Shown piece after piece: positions 1-9,369 of a stretch of DNA of 64,000 bases (position 1 is the first letter of the stretch; the number at the start of each line of letters is the position of its first letter). Source of the DNA: an uncultured Bacteroidota bacterium (GTDB taxonomy: Bacteria > Bacteroidota > Bacteroidia > Bacteroidales > JAAUTT01); NCBI GenBank assembly GCA_963766305.1, contig CAVYAE010000016.1, forward strand, positions 132,592 through 196,591, in the 5' to 3' direction. Position numbers and translations under genes: made by a program. The notes beneath the pieces were generated by a model, which was not told the DNA's origin, ran no database searches, and saw only the letters and a list, made by a program, of their open reading frames with translations.

Positions 1-819
1 TTCTATTCGCATTGCCTGTGGAAATAACTTCAGATTTTCACGCATGAAATAGCCTGCTTCATGCCAGTTGTTATTAACGTAATAATCATCATAATCCCAG
101 TAAAAATCAGCTATATTATTTAACTGAAGGTATTTAAACAGTTCCTTTTCACAGTTATTCAGGGCATTGAATCCGGCTATTAAATAGTGCTTGTAATATG
201 ATTTAAATGTACCCGTCTGTTTAAGGTTATTTACTATATTCTTATAAAGCATTCCTTCATATGCTATCTTTTGATTAAGCAGGATATCATTAAACTCCTT
301 ATATATAATCAATAATTTTTGCCATATGGAAATGAAATTTTCTTTTAATAAACCCTGTTTATCCATTTTAAAACCAGACCAGAACTGTTTTATTATTTTT
401 AATTTATCTTCCGGTATGTTGAATTGATTGTCTATGTCTTTAATATCAGCCAGGTTTTGAAATATTTGTTCAGGGATTACCAGGTATTTATCTATTTCAT
501 CAAAATCATTTACAAGCATTTCTCCCCAATAGTAAAAATCGTCGAAGGTTTCATTTGTATTTATATGACGGGTATAAACCTTGAATAAATTGAAAATTAA
601 AGTCAGAGGGTCGGCTAACTTTAGATTGCCCAAATCATGCATTAAGTCAGTGATAGTAGTAATATTTGGACCCCAGACAGGTTTGTTTAAAAATTCAGCA
701 AGAATTTTATTAAAGAATATGCCGGCTCTTCTGTTTGGAAATACTACGCATACTTCATGCATATCCTTTCCAAATTTGTCATAAAGGTCTTTTGCAACCG
801 ATGTCAGAAATGATTCCAT
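1..819 (-). CDS. PD-(D/E)XK nuclease / AddB-like helicase-nuclease family protein, N-terminal part (gene runs off the window's left (low-coordinate) edge)
   Basis: Minus-strand frame opens at ATG 819..817 and stays open for 273 codons to position 1. It is absent from the supplied track because it is open-ended. My translation, MESFLTSVAKDLYDKFGKDMHEVCVVFPNRRAGIFFNKILAEFLNKPVWGPNITTITDLMHDL..., resembles N-termini of Bacteroidota AddB-like PD-(D/E)XK nuclease family proteins. Confidence 0.6.
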   Translation of the reverse strand, partial: MESFLTSVAKDLYDKFGKDMHEVCVVFPNRRAGIFFNKILAEFLNKPVWGPNITTITDLMHDLGNLKLADPLTLIFNLFKVYTRHINTNETFDDFYYWGEMLVNDFDEIDKYLVIPEQIFQNLADIKDIDNQFNIPEDKLKIIKQFWSGFKMDKQGLLKENFISIWQKLLIIYKEFNDILLNQKIAYEGMLYKNIVNNLKQTGTFKSYYKHYLIAGFNALNNCEKELFKYLQLNNIADFYWDYDDYYVNNNWHEAGYFMRENLKLFPQAMRIE

Positions 820-950
820 TGTCGCTATATTACATGTTGGAACAGTAAGCCAATTGCAAATATTCTAAACATTTTTTCTTTTCTTTGTAATTAAAATAAT
901 ATTTTGGGAGCAAAATGTTTCTGGCGTATATATTTCTTAAAATTAAAATT

Positions 951-1072
951 TCAAAATCAAAAATCAATAATCAATTTTCAATTATACCTGATACCTTTAA
1001 AATAAATTAATAATTGTCACTTTTCAATAATCAATAATCAATAATCAATAATCAATAATCAATAATCAATTA
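951..1072. repeat. Heptanucleotide-periodic repeat region. Degenerate TCAAnnn units lie at 951..984, then six perfect TCAATAA units plus one TCAATTA unit at 1024..1072, ending 5 nt before the nspC ATG
   Basis: Read directly. tcaataa occurs at 1024, 1031, 1038, 1045, 1052 and 1059, and tcaatta at 1066. Earlier units are tcaaaaa, tcaataa, tcaattt and tcaatta from 957 to 984. Confidence 0.9.
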
Positions 1073-1077
1073 ACAAA

Positions 1078-2220
1078 ATGTCCATAGATTTTTCCAAAAT
1101 TTCATCTCCCTGTTATATTATAGATGAAAATTTGTTAAAACATAATCTTAATATAATAAGTTCTTTAGGCGAGGCTACCGGTGTTGAAATTATTCTGGCA
1201 TTAAAAGGGTTTGCAATGTGGAATATTTTTCCAATTATAAAACAATATATTAGCGGAGCAGCAGCAAGCGGACTTTATGAAGCAAGGCTTGCATATGAAG
1301 AACTGAACTCACTGGCACATACTTTTTCTCCGGCCTATGCCGAAAATGATTTTAACCAGGTGATTGAATACAGCAGTCATATTACCTTTAATTCTCTTTC
1401 CCAATATAACAGGTTTCTCCCATATGTAAAAAAATTTAACAGAAAAATTTCCTGCGGGTTAAGAGTAAACCATGAATTTTCCCTGGTTTCGACTCCACTT
1501 TATGATCCTTGTTCTCCTGGATCCAGATTAGGTATAACGGAAGATCAGCTCAAGGGAAAAATTCCTGAAGGTATTGAAGGATTTCATTTTCATTCCTTAT
1601 GTGAATCAAATTCAACGGATCTTGAACAGACTTTACTTGCTTTTGAAAATAAATTCGGAGGTTATATCCATGGGTTGAAATGGATAAATATGGGAGGGGG
1701 ACACCTTTTTACAAGACAAGGTTACGATATAAGCCACGTTATTAAAATTTTGACTGACTTTAAGAGAAAGTACAATGTTCATGTAATTTTAGAGCCTGGT
1801 AGTGCGTTTGCCTGGAATACAGGCGTATTATTGTCAACAGTTTTAGATATAGTTGATAATAAAGGCATTAAAACAGCAATACTTGACATTTCTTTTACCG
1901 GACATATGCCGGATTGTCTGGAAATGCCATATAAACCCCGTATCAGGGGGGCATATATGAATGCCGTACCAGGTAAACCAACATACAGAATGGGTGGAAA
2001 CAGTTGTCTTGCAGGAGATTTTACAGGAGACTGGAGTTTTGACAATCCTCTGCAACCTGGAGACTTAATAGTGTTTGAAGATATGATTCATTACACTATG
2101 GTCAAAACTACTTTTTTTAATGGAGTTAAACATCCATCTATTGGCAAATGGAATGATAAGGTTGGTTTTCAAATTATAAAGGATTTTCATTACGAAGATT
2201 ATAAAAATAAATTAAGCTGA
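1078..2220 (+). CDS. nspC: Carboxynorspermidine/carboxyspermidine decarboxylase
   Basis: 380 aa. The N-terminus SPCYIIDENLL and the overall length and layout fit the NspC branch of the fold-type III PLP decarboxylases. Confidence 0.85.
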   Translation: MSIDFSKISSPCYIIDENLLKHNLNIISSLGEATGVEIILALKGFAMWNIFPIIKQYISGAAASGLYEARLAYEELNSLAHTFSPAYAENDFNQVIEYSSHITFNSLSQYNRFLPYVKKFNRKISCGLRVNHEFSLVSTPLYDPCSPGSRLGITEDQLKGKIPEGIEGFHFHSLCESNSTDLEQTLLAFENKFGGYIHGLKWINMGGGHLFTRQGYDISHVIKILTDFKRKYNVHVILEPGSAFAWNTGVLLSTVLDIVDNKGIKTAILDISFTGHMPDCLEMPYKPRIRGAYMNAVPGKPTYRMGGNSCLAGDFTGDWSFDNPLQPGDLIVFEDMIHYTMVKTTFFNGVKHPSIGKWNDKVGFQIIKDFHYEDYKNKLS

Positions 2221-2237
2221 TATATTAATTAAGAATT

Positions 2238-4193
2238 ATGAAAAAGTTATTGTTTGCGGTAAATATATTGGCTTTAAACATGTTATATGTAAATGGACAA
2301 ATTAATGTAAACTATTGGATGAATGATGCCAATAGCAAAATGATAAAAAAAGAATATACTGAAGCCTTGTCTGATTTTAACCAGATCATACGTTTCAGAC
2401 CCGATCTGGATGTGGCTTATTATTACAGGGCTAATGTAAAATATTCTCTTGGTGACTACAGAGGCGCCATTGATGATTTAAATAAAGCTATCGCATTAAA
2501 ACCTAATTACTCTTATTTTTATTTATCAAGAGGTGACGCCAGGGAAAAACTTTTCGATTACAAAGGTGCCAGGAATGATTATGATGAAGCAGTGGCTATT
2601 AATCCAATGAATCAGGAAGCATATTTATACAGAGGTGTACTGTTCATTAATCAAAAAAAATATGATAATGCCCTTGAGGATTTTAGTTTGGTCACCAGTT
2701 TAAATACCTCAAGTTTCTATGGTTTTTTATACAGGGGAATAAGTAAGGAATGTAAGAACCTTTTTGAGGATGCACTTGCTGATTATAACAGGGCTATTCA
2801 GATAAGTCCTTATAATGCCGAAGCATATGTTCGGCGAGGCAGAAATTACACCGAAATGAAAGATTTTGTAAAGGCCCTGAACGACCTTGACAAGGCTATC
2901 AAACTGGACTCCGTAAATTCATTTGCTTATTATAACCGTGCGATTGCAAGAACAGAAGTTTCAGATATCAAAGGTGCCTTAAATGATTTTTCTGCTGTTA
3001 TACGCCTGGATCCTGAAAATGCAGTTGCCTATTACAACAGGGCAGATATAAAGGCCAGAGTGGGAGATTACAGCGGAGCCATTGAGGACTATAATCACGT
3101 GGTTGAAATTAATCCTAACAATGTATTTACATATTTTAACCGTGCTGTTATGTGGCAACACCTGGGTCAGAACCGGAAAGCTATCATTGATTATACAAAA
3201 GCCATAACTTTGAATCCCGAATTTGCCACAGCATATTATAACAGGTCTATTGCTCGCAGGAATGTTAATGATTTACAGGGATCTTCCAAAGATTATGATT
3301 TAGCAGTAAAACTGCAGGAAAGCCTTAAAGATCCAAAACGGTCGAGTATGTTAGATTCTACCGGACTTGCCAAACTTACTGCCTTTAAGGCTGATTTTGA
3401 AGAAGGTAACGTAAAAGTCAAATCAAATGAAGCTGCTGATATTGATCCTTTTCCTATTATATCCATTAGCTATTGGCCAGGTGATACTGTTAACCAAAAT
3501 ACTTTGTCAGTGAATACCAAAATTCAACAATTAAATAAAAATTTTACCAGACGAGGTAGTTTTAGAATGACATTTACATATGATTCTATATCCCAACAAC
3601 TTGCGGAAAACGAAATTAAATCAATTGATAGTACACCTGAGAATAATAACTTAGTTTTGCCTTTATTTGAAAGAGCAATCCTTAAAAATAAATTACAGGA
3701 TTATAATGGTTCTCTGGATGATTATGCTCAATTGCTAAAGATAAATCCGAATTTCAGTGCCGGTTATTTCAACAGGGCCAATACAAGATACAATATGATT
3801 AACTTTTTAAAATCCATTACAGAAAATAATAATAACTTTGTAACTATAGGAGGTTCAAATACAAACCTGCAGCAAACGCAAAGGAAAATGGTGCAGAACT
3901 ACGATGATGTTATTGCCGATTATTTAACCTGTATAAAACTGGAACCTGATTTTTATTATTCATATTATAACCTTGCTTTGGTTTGTATAACAAACAGGGA
4001 TTTCAAAGCAGCAATAAGCTACTTTGACCAGTCCATTGAAACTGAACCGAAGTTTGCCGAAGCCTATTATAACCGGGGTCTTACATATATTTATATACAG
4101 CAGAAAGATGAAGGTTGCCATGACATGAGCACTGCTGGAGAACTGGGAATAGACAAGGCTTATATTGTGATTAAGAAATATTGCAATGATTAA
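2238..4193 (+). CDS. Secreted tetratricopeptide (TPR) repeat protein
   Basis: 651 aa with an N-terminal signal-like segment. Many 34-aa repeats carry the Y-N-R-A/G...A..D....I...P pattern (AYYNRA, AYYNRS, AYYNRG). Confidence 0.85.
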   Translation: MKKLLFAVNILALNMLYVNGQINVNYWMNDANSKMIKKEYTEALSDFNQIIRFRPDLDVAYYYRANVKYSLGDYRGAIDDLNKAIALKPNYSYFYLSRGDAREKLFDYKGARNDYDEAVAINPMNQEAYLYRGVLFINQKKYDNALEDFSLVTSLNTSSFYGFLYRGISKECKNLFEDALADYNRAIQISPYNAEAYVRRGRNYTEMKDFVKALNDLDKAIKLDSVNSFAYYNRAIARTEVSDIKGALNDFSAVIRLDPENAVAYYNRADIKARVGDYSGAIEDYNHVVEINPNNVFTYFNRAVMWQHLGQNRKAIIDYTKAITLNPEFATAYYNRSIARRNVNDLQGSSKDYDLAVKLQESLKDPKRSSMLDSTGLAKLTAFKADFEEGNVKVKSNEAADIDPFPIISISYWPGDTVNQNTLSVNTKIQQLNKNFTRRGSFRMTFTYDSISQQLAENEIKSIDSTPENNNLVLPLFERAILKNKLQDYNGSLDDYAQLLKINPNFSAGYFNRANTRYNMINFLKSITENNNNFVTIGGSNTNLQQTQRKMVQNYDDVIADYLTCIKLEPDFYYSYYNLALVCITNRDFKAAISYFDQSIETEPKFAEAYYNRGLTYIYIQQKDEGCHDMSTAGELGIDKAYIVIKKYCND

Positions 4194-4218
4194 ATTATAA
4201 AAGGAAGTACACTCATTT

Positions 4219-4947
4219 ATGACAAAACAAGAACTAATTGAGAACATTGAACAATATTGTGAGGCAAATTACAGCGAAAAAAATGCTTTAAAATACGGTT
4301 ATTATTTCAGGGAAGGCTATGATAAAAATAATTCCTACGGGCTAACCGCGACTCAGTTTTATTCTAAGGTAAAAGAGCTACTTAAATCAGGGAAATTAAA
4401 TTTTGATTTGGTCATTGAATCGGCTAAAATTTTGGTTAAAAGTCCAAAGTATGATATTATAACATTTGGATTATTGTTATTAACAAAGTTTCCGAAGAAT
4501 TATACTAAGGATTTATTTTATGAAATTGAAAAATGGTATGAATTTACAATTAATAACTGGGCACACGCCGATGCCCTGGCAACAGGGATTCTACCAAACT
4601 TTCTGATTCAGAATATTATTACAATAGATGATTTTAATACCTGGCTTGCATCACCACATAAATTTCAACGCAGGTGCGTACCGGTTGCGTTTATAAAGTA
4701 TTTGAAAATGAATAAAACCATTGATTTTAATCCAGTTTTTAAATTAATTGAACCTCTTGTAATGGATAAAGAAAGGGAGGTTCACCAGGGTGTAGGATGG
4801 TTTTTGAGAGAAGCCTGGAAGATTAACAATGCAGTTACCGAAGATTTTCTATTGTTATGGAAAGATAAAGCTCCACGCTTAATAATTCAATATGCAACTG
4901 AGAAAATGACAAAGGAGCAAAAAACGACATTTAAAAGGAACGTATAA
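4219..4947 (+). CDS. DNA alkylation repair (AlkD-like HEAT-repeat) family protein
   Basis: 242 aa. Segments WAHADAL, FQRRCVPVAF and VHQGVGWFLREAWK are typical of the DNA alkylation repair enzyme family. Confidence 0.7.
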   Translation: MTKQELIENIEQYCEANYSEKNALKYGYYFREGYDKNNSYGLTATQFYSKVKELLKSGKLNFDLVIESAKILVKSPKYDIITFGLLLLTKFPKNYTKDLFYEIEKWYEFTINNWAHADALATGILPNFLIQNIITIDDFNTWLASPHKFQRRCVPVAFIKYLKMNKTIDFNPVFKLIEPLVMDKEREVHQGVGWFLREAWKINNAVTEDFLLLWKDKAPRLIIQYATEKMTKEQKTTFKRNV

Positions 4948-4954
4948 AAATGTA

Positions 4955-5377
4955 TTATTTTACCCCGCTTTTTGTCTGATTCATAATTTTTAAATATTCT
5001 GCATAAAGAACTTTTTCTTCCTTTGAAAATCTTTGAATAATTAAATTAAATAAATTTCCAAATTCCATATTAAACTCAGGACTGAAGCCTGATTCTTCAT
5101 ATTTTTGATAAAATCTGGCTAATTTCTCTATTATTGTTTTCATCTCTACAGACAAAACCTGCATATTATTTCTTAATATTTTGTTATTTTTTGCATGCAG
5201 GTTTAAAAATGGATATAATTCTTCATTTTCCTTCTGTAAATGTTTTAATATCATTTCTTTAATGGTAATAAGTTTAATATGACCATCATTAGTAATAATG
5301 CCTGATTTTTTAACTTCAGTCAGAGCCAATGCAATTTCCTGATGTTCTGATTTTAACTGATCTATTAATGTACTCAT
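4955..5377 (-). CDS. Hemerythrin-like (HHE cation-binding) domain protein
   Basis: 140 aa, helical. It has L..EH.EI near the N-terminus, H...E.EELYP in the middle and a KEEK.LY segment near the C-terminus. Confidence 0.55.
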   Translation of the reverse strand: MSTLIDQLKSEHQEIALALTEVKKSGIITNDGHIKLITIKEMILKHLQKENEELYPFLNLHAKNNKILRNNMQVLSVEMKTIIEKLARFYQKYEESGFSPEFNMEFGNLFNLIIQRFSKEEKVLYAEYLKIMNQTKSGVK

Positions 5378-5387
5378 AAATTATTTA

Positions 5388-5669
5388 TTATTCTTCAAAA
5401 CCTCCCGAAGGTTGATGATCATTATTTATATTTCTGGTATGCCTTAAAGAATGAAGATATTTCCATTCAATATTCTCAATATCATCAATTTGTTGGTTTC
5501 CTATATAATTTGCTTTAAGCATTTGCCTGCTTTTTTTTATTTTCGATTCACCAGAACGATGATGTCTGGAATAATAGTTTTTGTTTAAGCTGACAGTACA
5601 TCCTCTTTTGTAAGAACTGCAGGAATAAATCATCAATAAAAACAAAAATAAAGGGTAAAATTTAATCAT
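5388..5669 (-). CDS. Small basic lipoprotein, function unknown
   Basis: 93 aa. Hydrophobic N-terminus ending in the lipobox-like LMIYSC. I recognise no family. Confidence 0.4.
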   Translation of the reverse strand: MIKFYPLFLFLLMIYSCSSYKRGCTVSLNKNYYSRHHRSGESKIKKSRQMLKANYIGNQQIDDIENIEWKYLHSLRHTRNINNDHQPSGGFEE

Positions 5670-5732
5670 TTTAATATATGCTTATTTTATTCTGATATCC
5701 TTCATTGGTCATTTATCATCCGTCCTCCCTCC

Positions 5733-7589
5733 TCAGTTATTTAATTCCAGCCATCTGTTTGTTATTTTATCTATTTCAACAATAAGTTCTCCAATACGGT
5801 TCGATTTTGTATAAAGTTCTTTTTGATTTAAGTTACTGTTGCTAATTTCTATTTCCAGAGAAGATTTCTCTGATTCAAGTTTTTCTAATTCCTGCTCAAT
5901 CATTTCCAATTCTTTTTTCTCCTTATACGATAATTTATTCTTAATTGTTGGAGCAATTTCCAAAGGTTTTGGTTTTTCAGCAACATACAATTTTTTTGAT
6001 TCTGACTCCTGTTTTTTTACTGATGACCTGTAATCACTATAATTTCCAGGGAAGTCAAAAATTTCTCCATTGCCTTCAAAAATAAACAAATGATCAACCA
6101 GTTTATCCATAAAAAAACGGTCGTGTGAAACTATTATTAAACATCCTCTGAAGTTGGACAGGTAATCTTCAAGGACATTCAAAGTTATTATATCAAGATC
6201 ATTTGTTGGTTCATCAAGTATCAAAAAGTTTGGATTTCTCATTAATACAGTCATAAGATAGAGACGGCGCTTTTCCCCACCACTAAGTTTTTCTACCTGT
6301 ACATAGTGCATTTCAGGTGGAAAAAGAAAATGAATCAGAAATTGAGATACAGGTATTTGTCTTCCATCACCCAAAGTTACAACTTCAGCAATATCTTTCA
6401 CAATATCAATAAGTCGTTGCTGTGGCCTAAAATTTATTCCTTTTTGCTCATAATATCCGAAATTGACCGTTTCTCCTGCATCAATGGTGCCATTATCAGG
6501 AATAACCTGTGAGGTCAATAAATTCAGAAAGGTTGATTTACCAACTCCGTTTGCGCCTATGATTCCTATTTTTTCAAAACGTGAAAAAATATATGTAAAA
6601 TCATTAAGTATTACCAGGTCACCGAATTTTTTATAAACATGTTCAAGTTCAAGTATCTTATTTCCAAGACGCGTATGTTTAATATTAATATCCACAATTT
6701 TGTCGGCTCTTTTGTAATCTGCAGTTTCTTTAAGGTTGTAAAAAGCATCTATCCTTGATTTGGACTTTGTACTCCTTGCTTTTGGCATTCGTCGCATCCA
6801 CTCAAGTTCTTTACGTAAAATGTTTTGTGCTTTATCAACCTGTAAATTTTTATTGAGAATTCTTTCTTCCCTTTTTTGAAGGTAATATGAATAATTTCCT
6901 TTATATGAAAATGTTAACTTTTCATCTATCTCAATTATTTCGTTACAAATCCTGTCCAGAAAGTAACGATCATGAGTAACCATTAGTAAAGTAATCTGAC
7001 TTTTAATCAGGTATTCCTCAAGCCATTCAATCATCTCAAGGTCAAGGTGGTTTGTTGGCTCATCCAGGATGAGAAAGTCGGGATCATTAATCAGGGCAAC
7101 GGCTAATCCCAGCCTTTTAACCTGACCACCGGACAGAAAGGCAACAGGCTGTTCAAGGTTATCAAGTTTTAAAATAGTAAGCATTTGCTTGATCTTTAAA
7201 TCTATATCCCAGGCATTATGAAAATCCATTTTACTGATTGCTCCATCCAGTTTGCTATTGTCAGTGGAATGCAATGCAATTTCATAGTCTCTCACTATTT
7301 TTACCAACTCACTCTGAGAACCATAAACAGCCTGAAAAACTGTTAATTCCGGGTTAAACTGTGGATCCTGTCTCAGGTATCCTGTTTTTATATTTTTATT
7401 TATATAAAAATTTCCCTGATCTAAATTGTCAAAACCTGAAATTATATTCAACAATGTTGTTTTTCCGGAACCATTTCTTCCAACCAGGGCAATTTTCTGT
7501 TTTTCATTTATCAGAATTGAAATATTATCAAAGAGTAAAATATCTCCGTAAGATTTTGTGGCATTTTCAATCAGTAAATAAGTGTTCAT
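5733..7589 (-). CDS. ABC-F family ATPase (two ABC domains, coiled-coil C-terminus)
   Basis: Two Walker A motifs (GRNGSGKTT, GANGVGKST) and two signature motifs (LSGGQ, LSGGE). The track ORF starts at 7688, but the homologous N-terminus MNTYLLIENATKSYG begins at ATG 7589. That start also removes the overlap with nth. Confidence 0.9.
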   Translation of the reverse strand: MNTYLLIENATKSYGDILLFDNISILINEKQKIALVGRNGSGKTTLLNIISGFDNLDQGNFYINKNIKTGYLRQDPQFNPELTVFQAVYGSQSELVKIVRDYEIALHSTDNSKLDGAISKMDFHNAWDIDLKIKQMLTILKLDNLEQPVAFLSGGQVKRLGLAVALINDPDFLILDEPTNHLDLEMIEWLEEYLIKSQITLLMVTHDRYFLDRICNEIIEIDEKLTFSYKGNYSYYLQKREERILNKNLQVDKAQNILRKELEWMRRMPKARSTKSKSRIDAFYNLKETADYKRADKIVDINIKHTRLGNKILELEHVYKKFGDLVILNDFTYIFSRFEKIGIIGANGVGKSTFLNLLTSQVIPDNGTIDAGETVNFGYYEQKGINFRPQQRLIDIVKDIAEVVTLGDGRQIPVSQFLIHFLFPPEMHYVQVEKLSGGEKRRLYLMTVLMRNPNFLILDEPTNDLDIITLNVLEDYLSNFRGCLIIVSHDRFFMDKLVDHLFIFEGNGEIFDFPGNYSDYRSSVKKQESESKKLYVAEKPKPLEIAPTIKNKLSYKEKKELEMIEQELEKLESEKSSLEIEISNSNLNQKELYTKSNRIGELIVEIDKITNRWLELNN

Positions 7590-7665
7590 ATATTGATTTT
7601 GGAATATTCCAAAGATAAGATTATTCATAGTAACTTTGAAGGCAGATACAATGTTCATAAATCCT

Positions 7666-8331
7666 ATGGTTAAAAAAGAATTATACAAATTTGTTATGGA
7701 TTATTTCCAAAAATCAATGCCTGTTGCTGAAACTGAGCTTAAATACAATAATCCTTATGAATTATTGGTAGCAGTTATTCTTTCTGCTCAATGTACTGAT
7801 AAACGTGTTAATCTGACTACTCCTGGTTTTTTTAAAAAATATCCTTCTGCTGAGATACTTGCTAAAGCAAATAAGGAAGATGTACTTGCAGTTATCAGAA
7901 GTTGCACCTATCCGAATGTGAAGGCAATTAATCTAATCAGCATGGCTAATATGTTGATTGATAAATTTAATGGAGAAATACCGGATGATATTGAACTTTT
8001 ACAGGAACTGCCTGGTGTAGGACGCAAAACCGCCAACGTCATAGCTTCTGTCATATATAATAAACCAGCTATGGCAGTGGATACACATGTTTTCAGGGTT
8101 GCTGCCAGGATAGGTCTTACTGAAGGTTCCAAAACGCCATTGGATACTGAAAAACAATTGGTTGCTAATTTTCCCGAAGACATTTTGCCACTTGCCCATC
8201 ACTGGCTTCTATTACATGGCAGGTATATATGCATTGCCAGAAATCCAAAATGCAATAAATGCGGACTTACGGATGTATGCAGGTATAATAATAATAGTAG
8301 TAAGCAGAAAGTATTAAGCAGTAAGTCGTAA
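7666..8331 (+). CDS. nth: Endonuclease III (DNA-(apurinic or apyrimidinic site) lyase)
   Basis: Helix-hairpin-helix LPGVGRKTANV and a C-terminal 4Fe-4S cluster pattern C..C..C.....C. The track ORF opens at TTG 7636. ATG 7666 (MVKKELYKFVMDYF) fits typical Bacteroidota Nth N-termini. Confidence 0.9.
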   Translation: MVKKELYKFVMDYFQKSMPVAETELKYNNPYELLVAVILSAQCTDKRVNLTTPGFFKKYPSAEILAKANKEDVLAVIRSCTYPNVKAINLISMANMLIDKFNGEIPDDIELLQELPGVGRKTANVIASVIYNKPAMAVDTHVFRVAARIGLTEGSKTPLDTEKQLVANFPEDILPLAHHWLLLHGRYICIARNPKCNKCGLTDVCRYNNNSSKQKVLSSKS

Positions 8332-8343
8332 CTACTTACGACT
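8324..8343 (+). terminator. Putative hairpin terminator overlapping the nth stop codon
   Basis: agtcgtaa (8324..8331) pairs with ttacgact (8336..8343) around a 4-nt loop. An AT/T-rich tail (attttattatattt) follows. Confidence 0.4.
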
Positions 8344-8378
8344 ATTTTATTATATTTGTATTAAACCATTGTTGTTTC

Positions 8379-9263
8379 ATGTTCAAATTCCTGAGATTAT
8401 TTTTTCTAATTTTTATTTTTCTGATTTTGGGGAGTTTTTCTTTCCAAAAGCTGGACTACCGCTGGGCGATGCATAAAAATGTTTGTAAAGATCTGCATAA
8501 CAGTGTTTTAATGTATTTTATCTTTGTAGATACAAAAACAACAGTACCTTGGACAGAATTTGATATACGGACTACACTTGATTCTATTGCAATTGCCAGA
8601 AAGTGGTTACTTGAGCAGGCTAAAAAATATAATGTTTCAGTATCTATACAGACAGATTATTATATAGGCAAAGAATTTACTACAATTACAAAAAATCTTC
8701 CCAATGGATCCGTATATCAATCAGCAATTACTCCAAGTTTTAAGGATGGATTAGCTGAACTCAATTCGTGGGCCGACTGGATTGCTAAAAAAGCAGGTGC
8801 AACATTGAACATTACGCAAAAGGATGGTATTCCGGGAATAAAAAATCCAAGAAATAAGGAACGGTTAATTGCATATCTTCGTGATAATTATAAAGTTGAA
8901 AGTGTAGCTTTGTTTTTTATGGTTAATAATTATTTTAAAACAGATATATCACTGCCAATTAATACAATGAATACAAACGATGTGGAATTTGCCATAGTAA
9001 GTTTTAAGTATCCTGCAGAGATAGCACACAACTTCCTGCATTTATACGGAGCGGCTGATTTATATAAAACCCTTTACAGGAGAAATGATAAAAAAGTAAA
9101 ACAACTGTCTGAAATGCTTCCTAATGATATTATGCAGGACCCCTACGCCAAAAATATAGCAAATCTTGAAATTAGTGAATATACCAGATATCTCATTGGA
9201 TGGCAGGATACAATTGATCCTATATGGAATGATTTATTCATTGATAAACATGTCAATTTTTAA
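8379..9263 (+). CDS. Exported protein of unknown function with an HNFLH (HxxxH) motif
   Basis: 294 aa with a hydrophobic N-terminus. It contains AEIAHNFLHLYGAADLY, which looks zincin-like but has Asn where a catalytic Glu would be. Confidence 0.5.
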   Translation: MFKFLRLFFLIFIFLILGSFSFQKLDYRWAMHKNVCKDLHNSVLMYFIFVDTKTTVPWTEFDIRTTLDSIAIARKWLLEQAKKYNVSVSIQTDYYIGKEFTTITKNLPNGSVYQSAITPSFKDGLAELNSWADWIAKKAGATLNITQKDGIPGIKNPRNKERLIAYLRDNYKVESVALFFMVNNYFKTDISLPINTMNTNDVEFAIVSFKYPAEIAHNFLHLYGAADLYKTLYRRNDKKVKQLSEMLPNDIMQDPYAKNIANLEISEYTRYLIGWQDTIDPIWNDLFIDKHVNF

Positions 9264-9369
9264 GATATAAATCAACTTGGATATTAAAATGATAAAAAAA
9301 AGTACTAACTTTACTACAAGTAAACATTATTATATAGTTCGTTACTTAGGTTAATTAATTGAAAAACAT

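Noticed and set aside
581-784. 67-aa plus-strand ORF opening at TTG
   Set aside because: It lies entirely antisense to the open-ended AddB-like nuclease frame (1..819, minus), which has a convincing conserved N-terminus.
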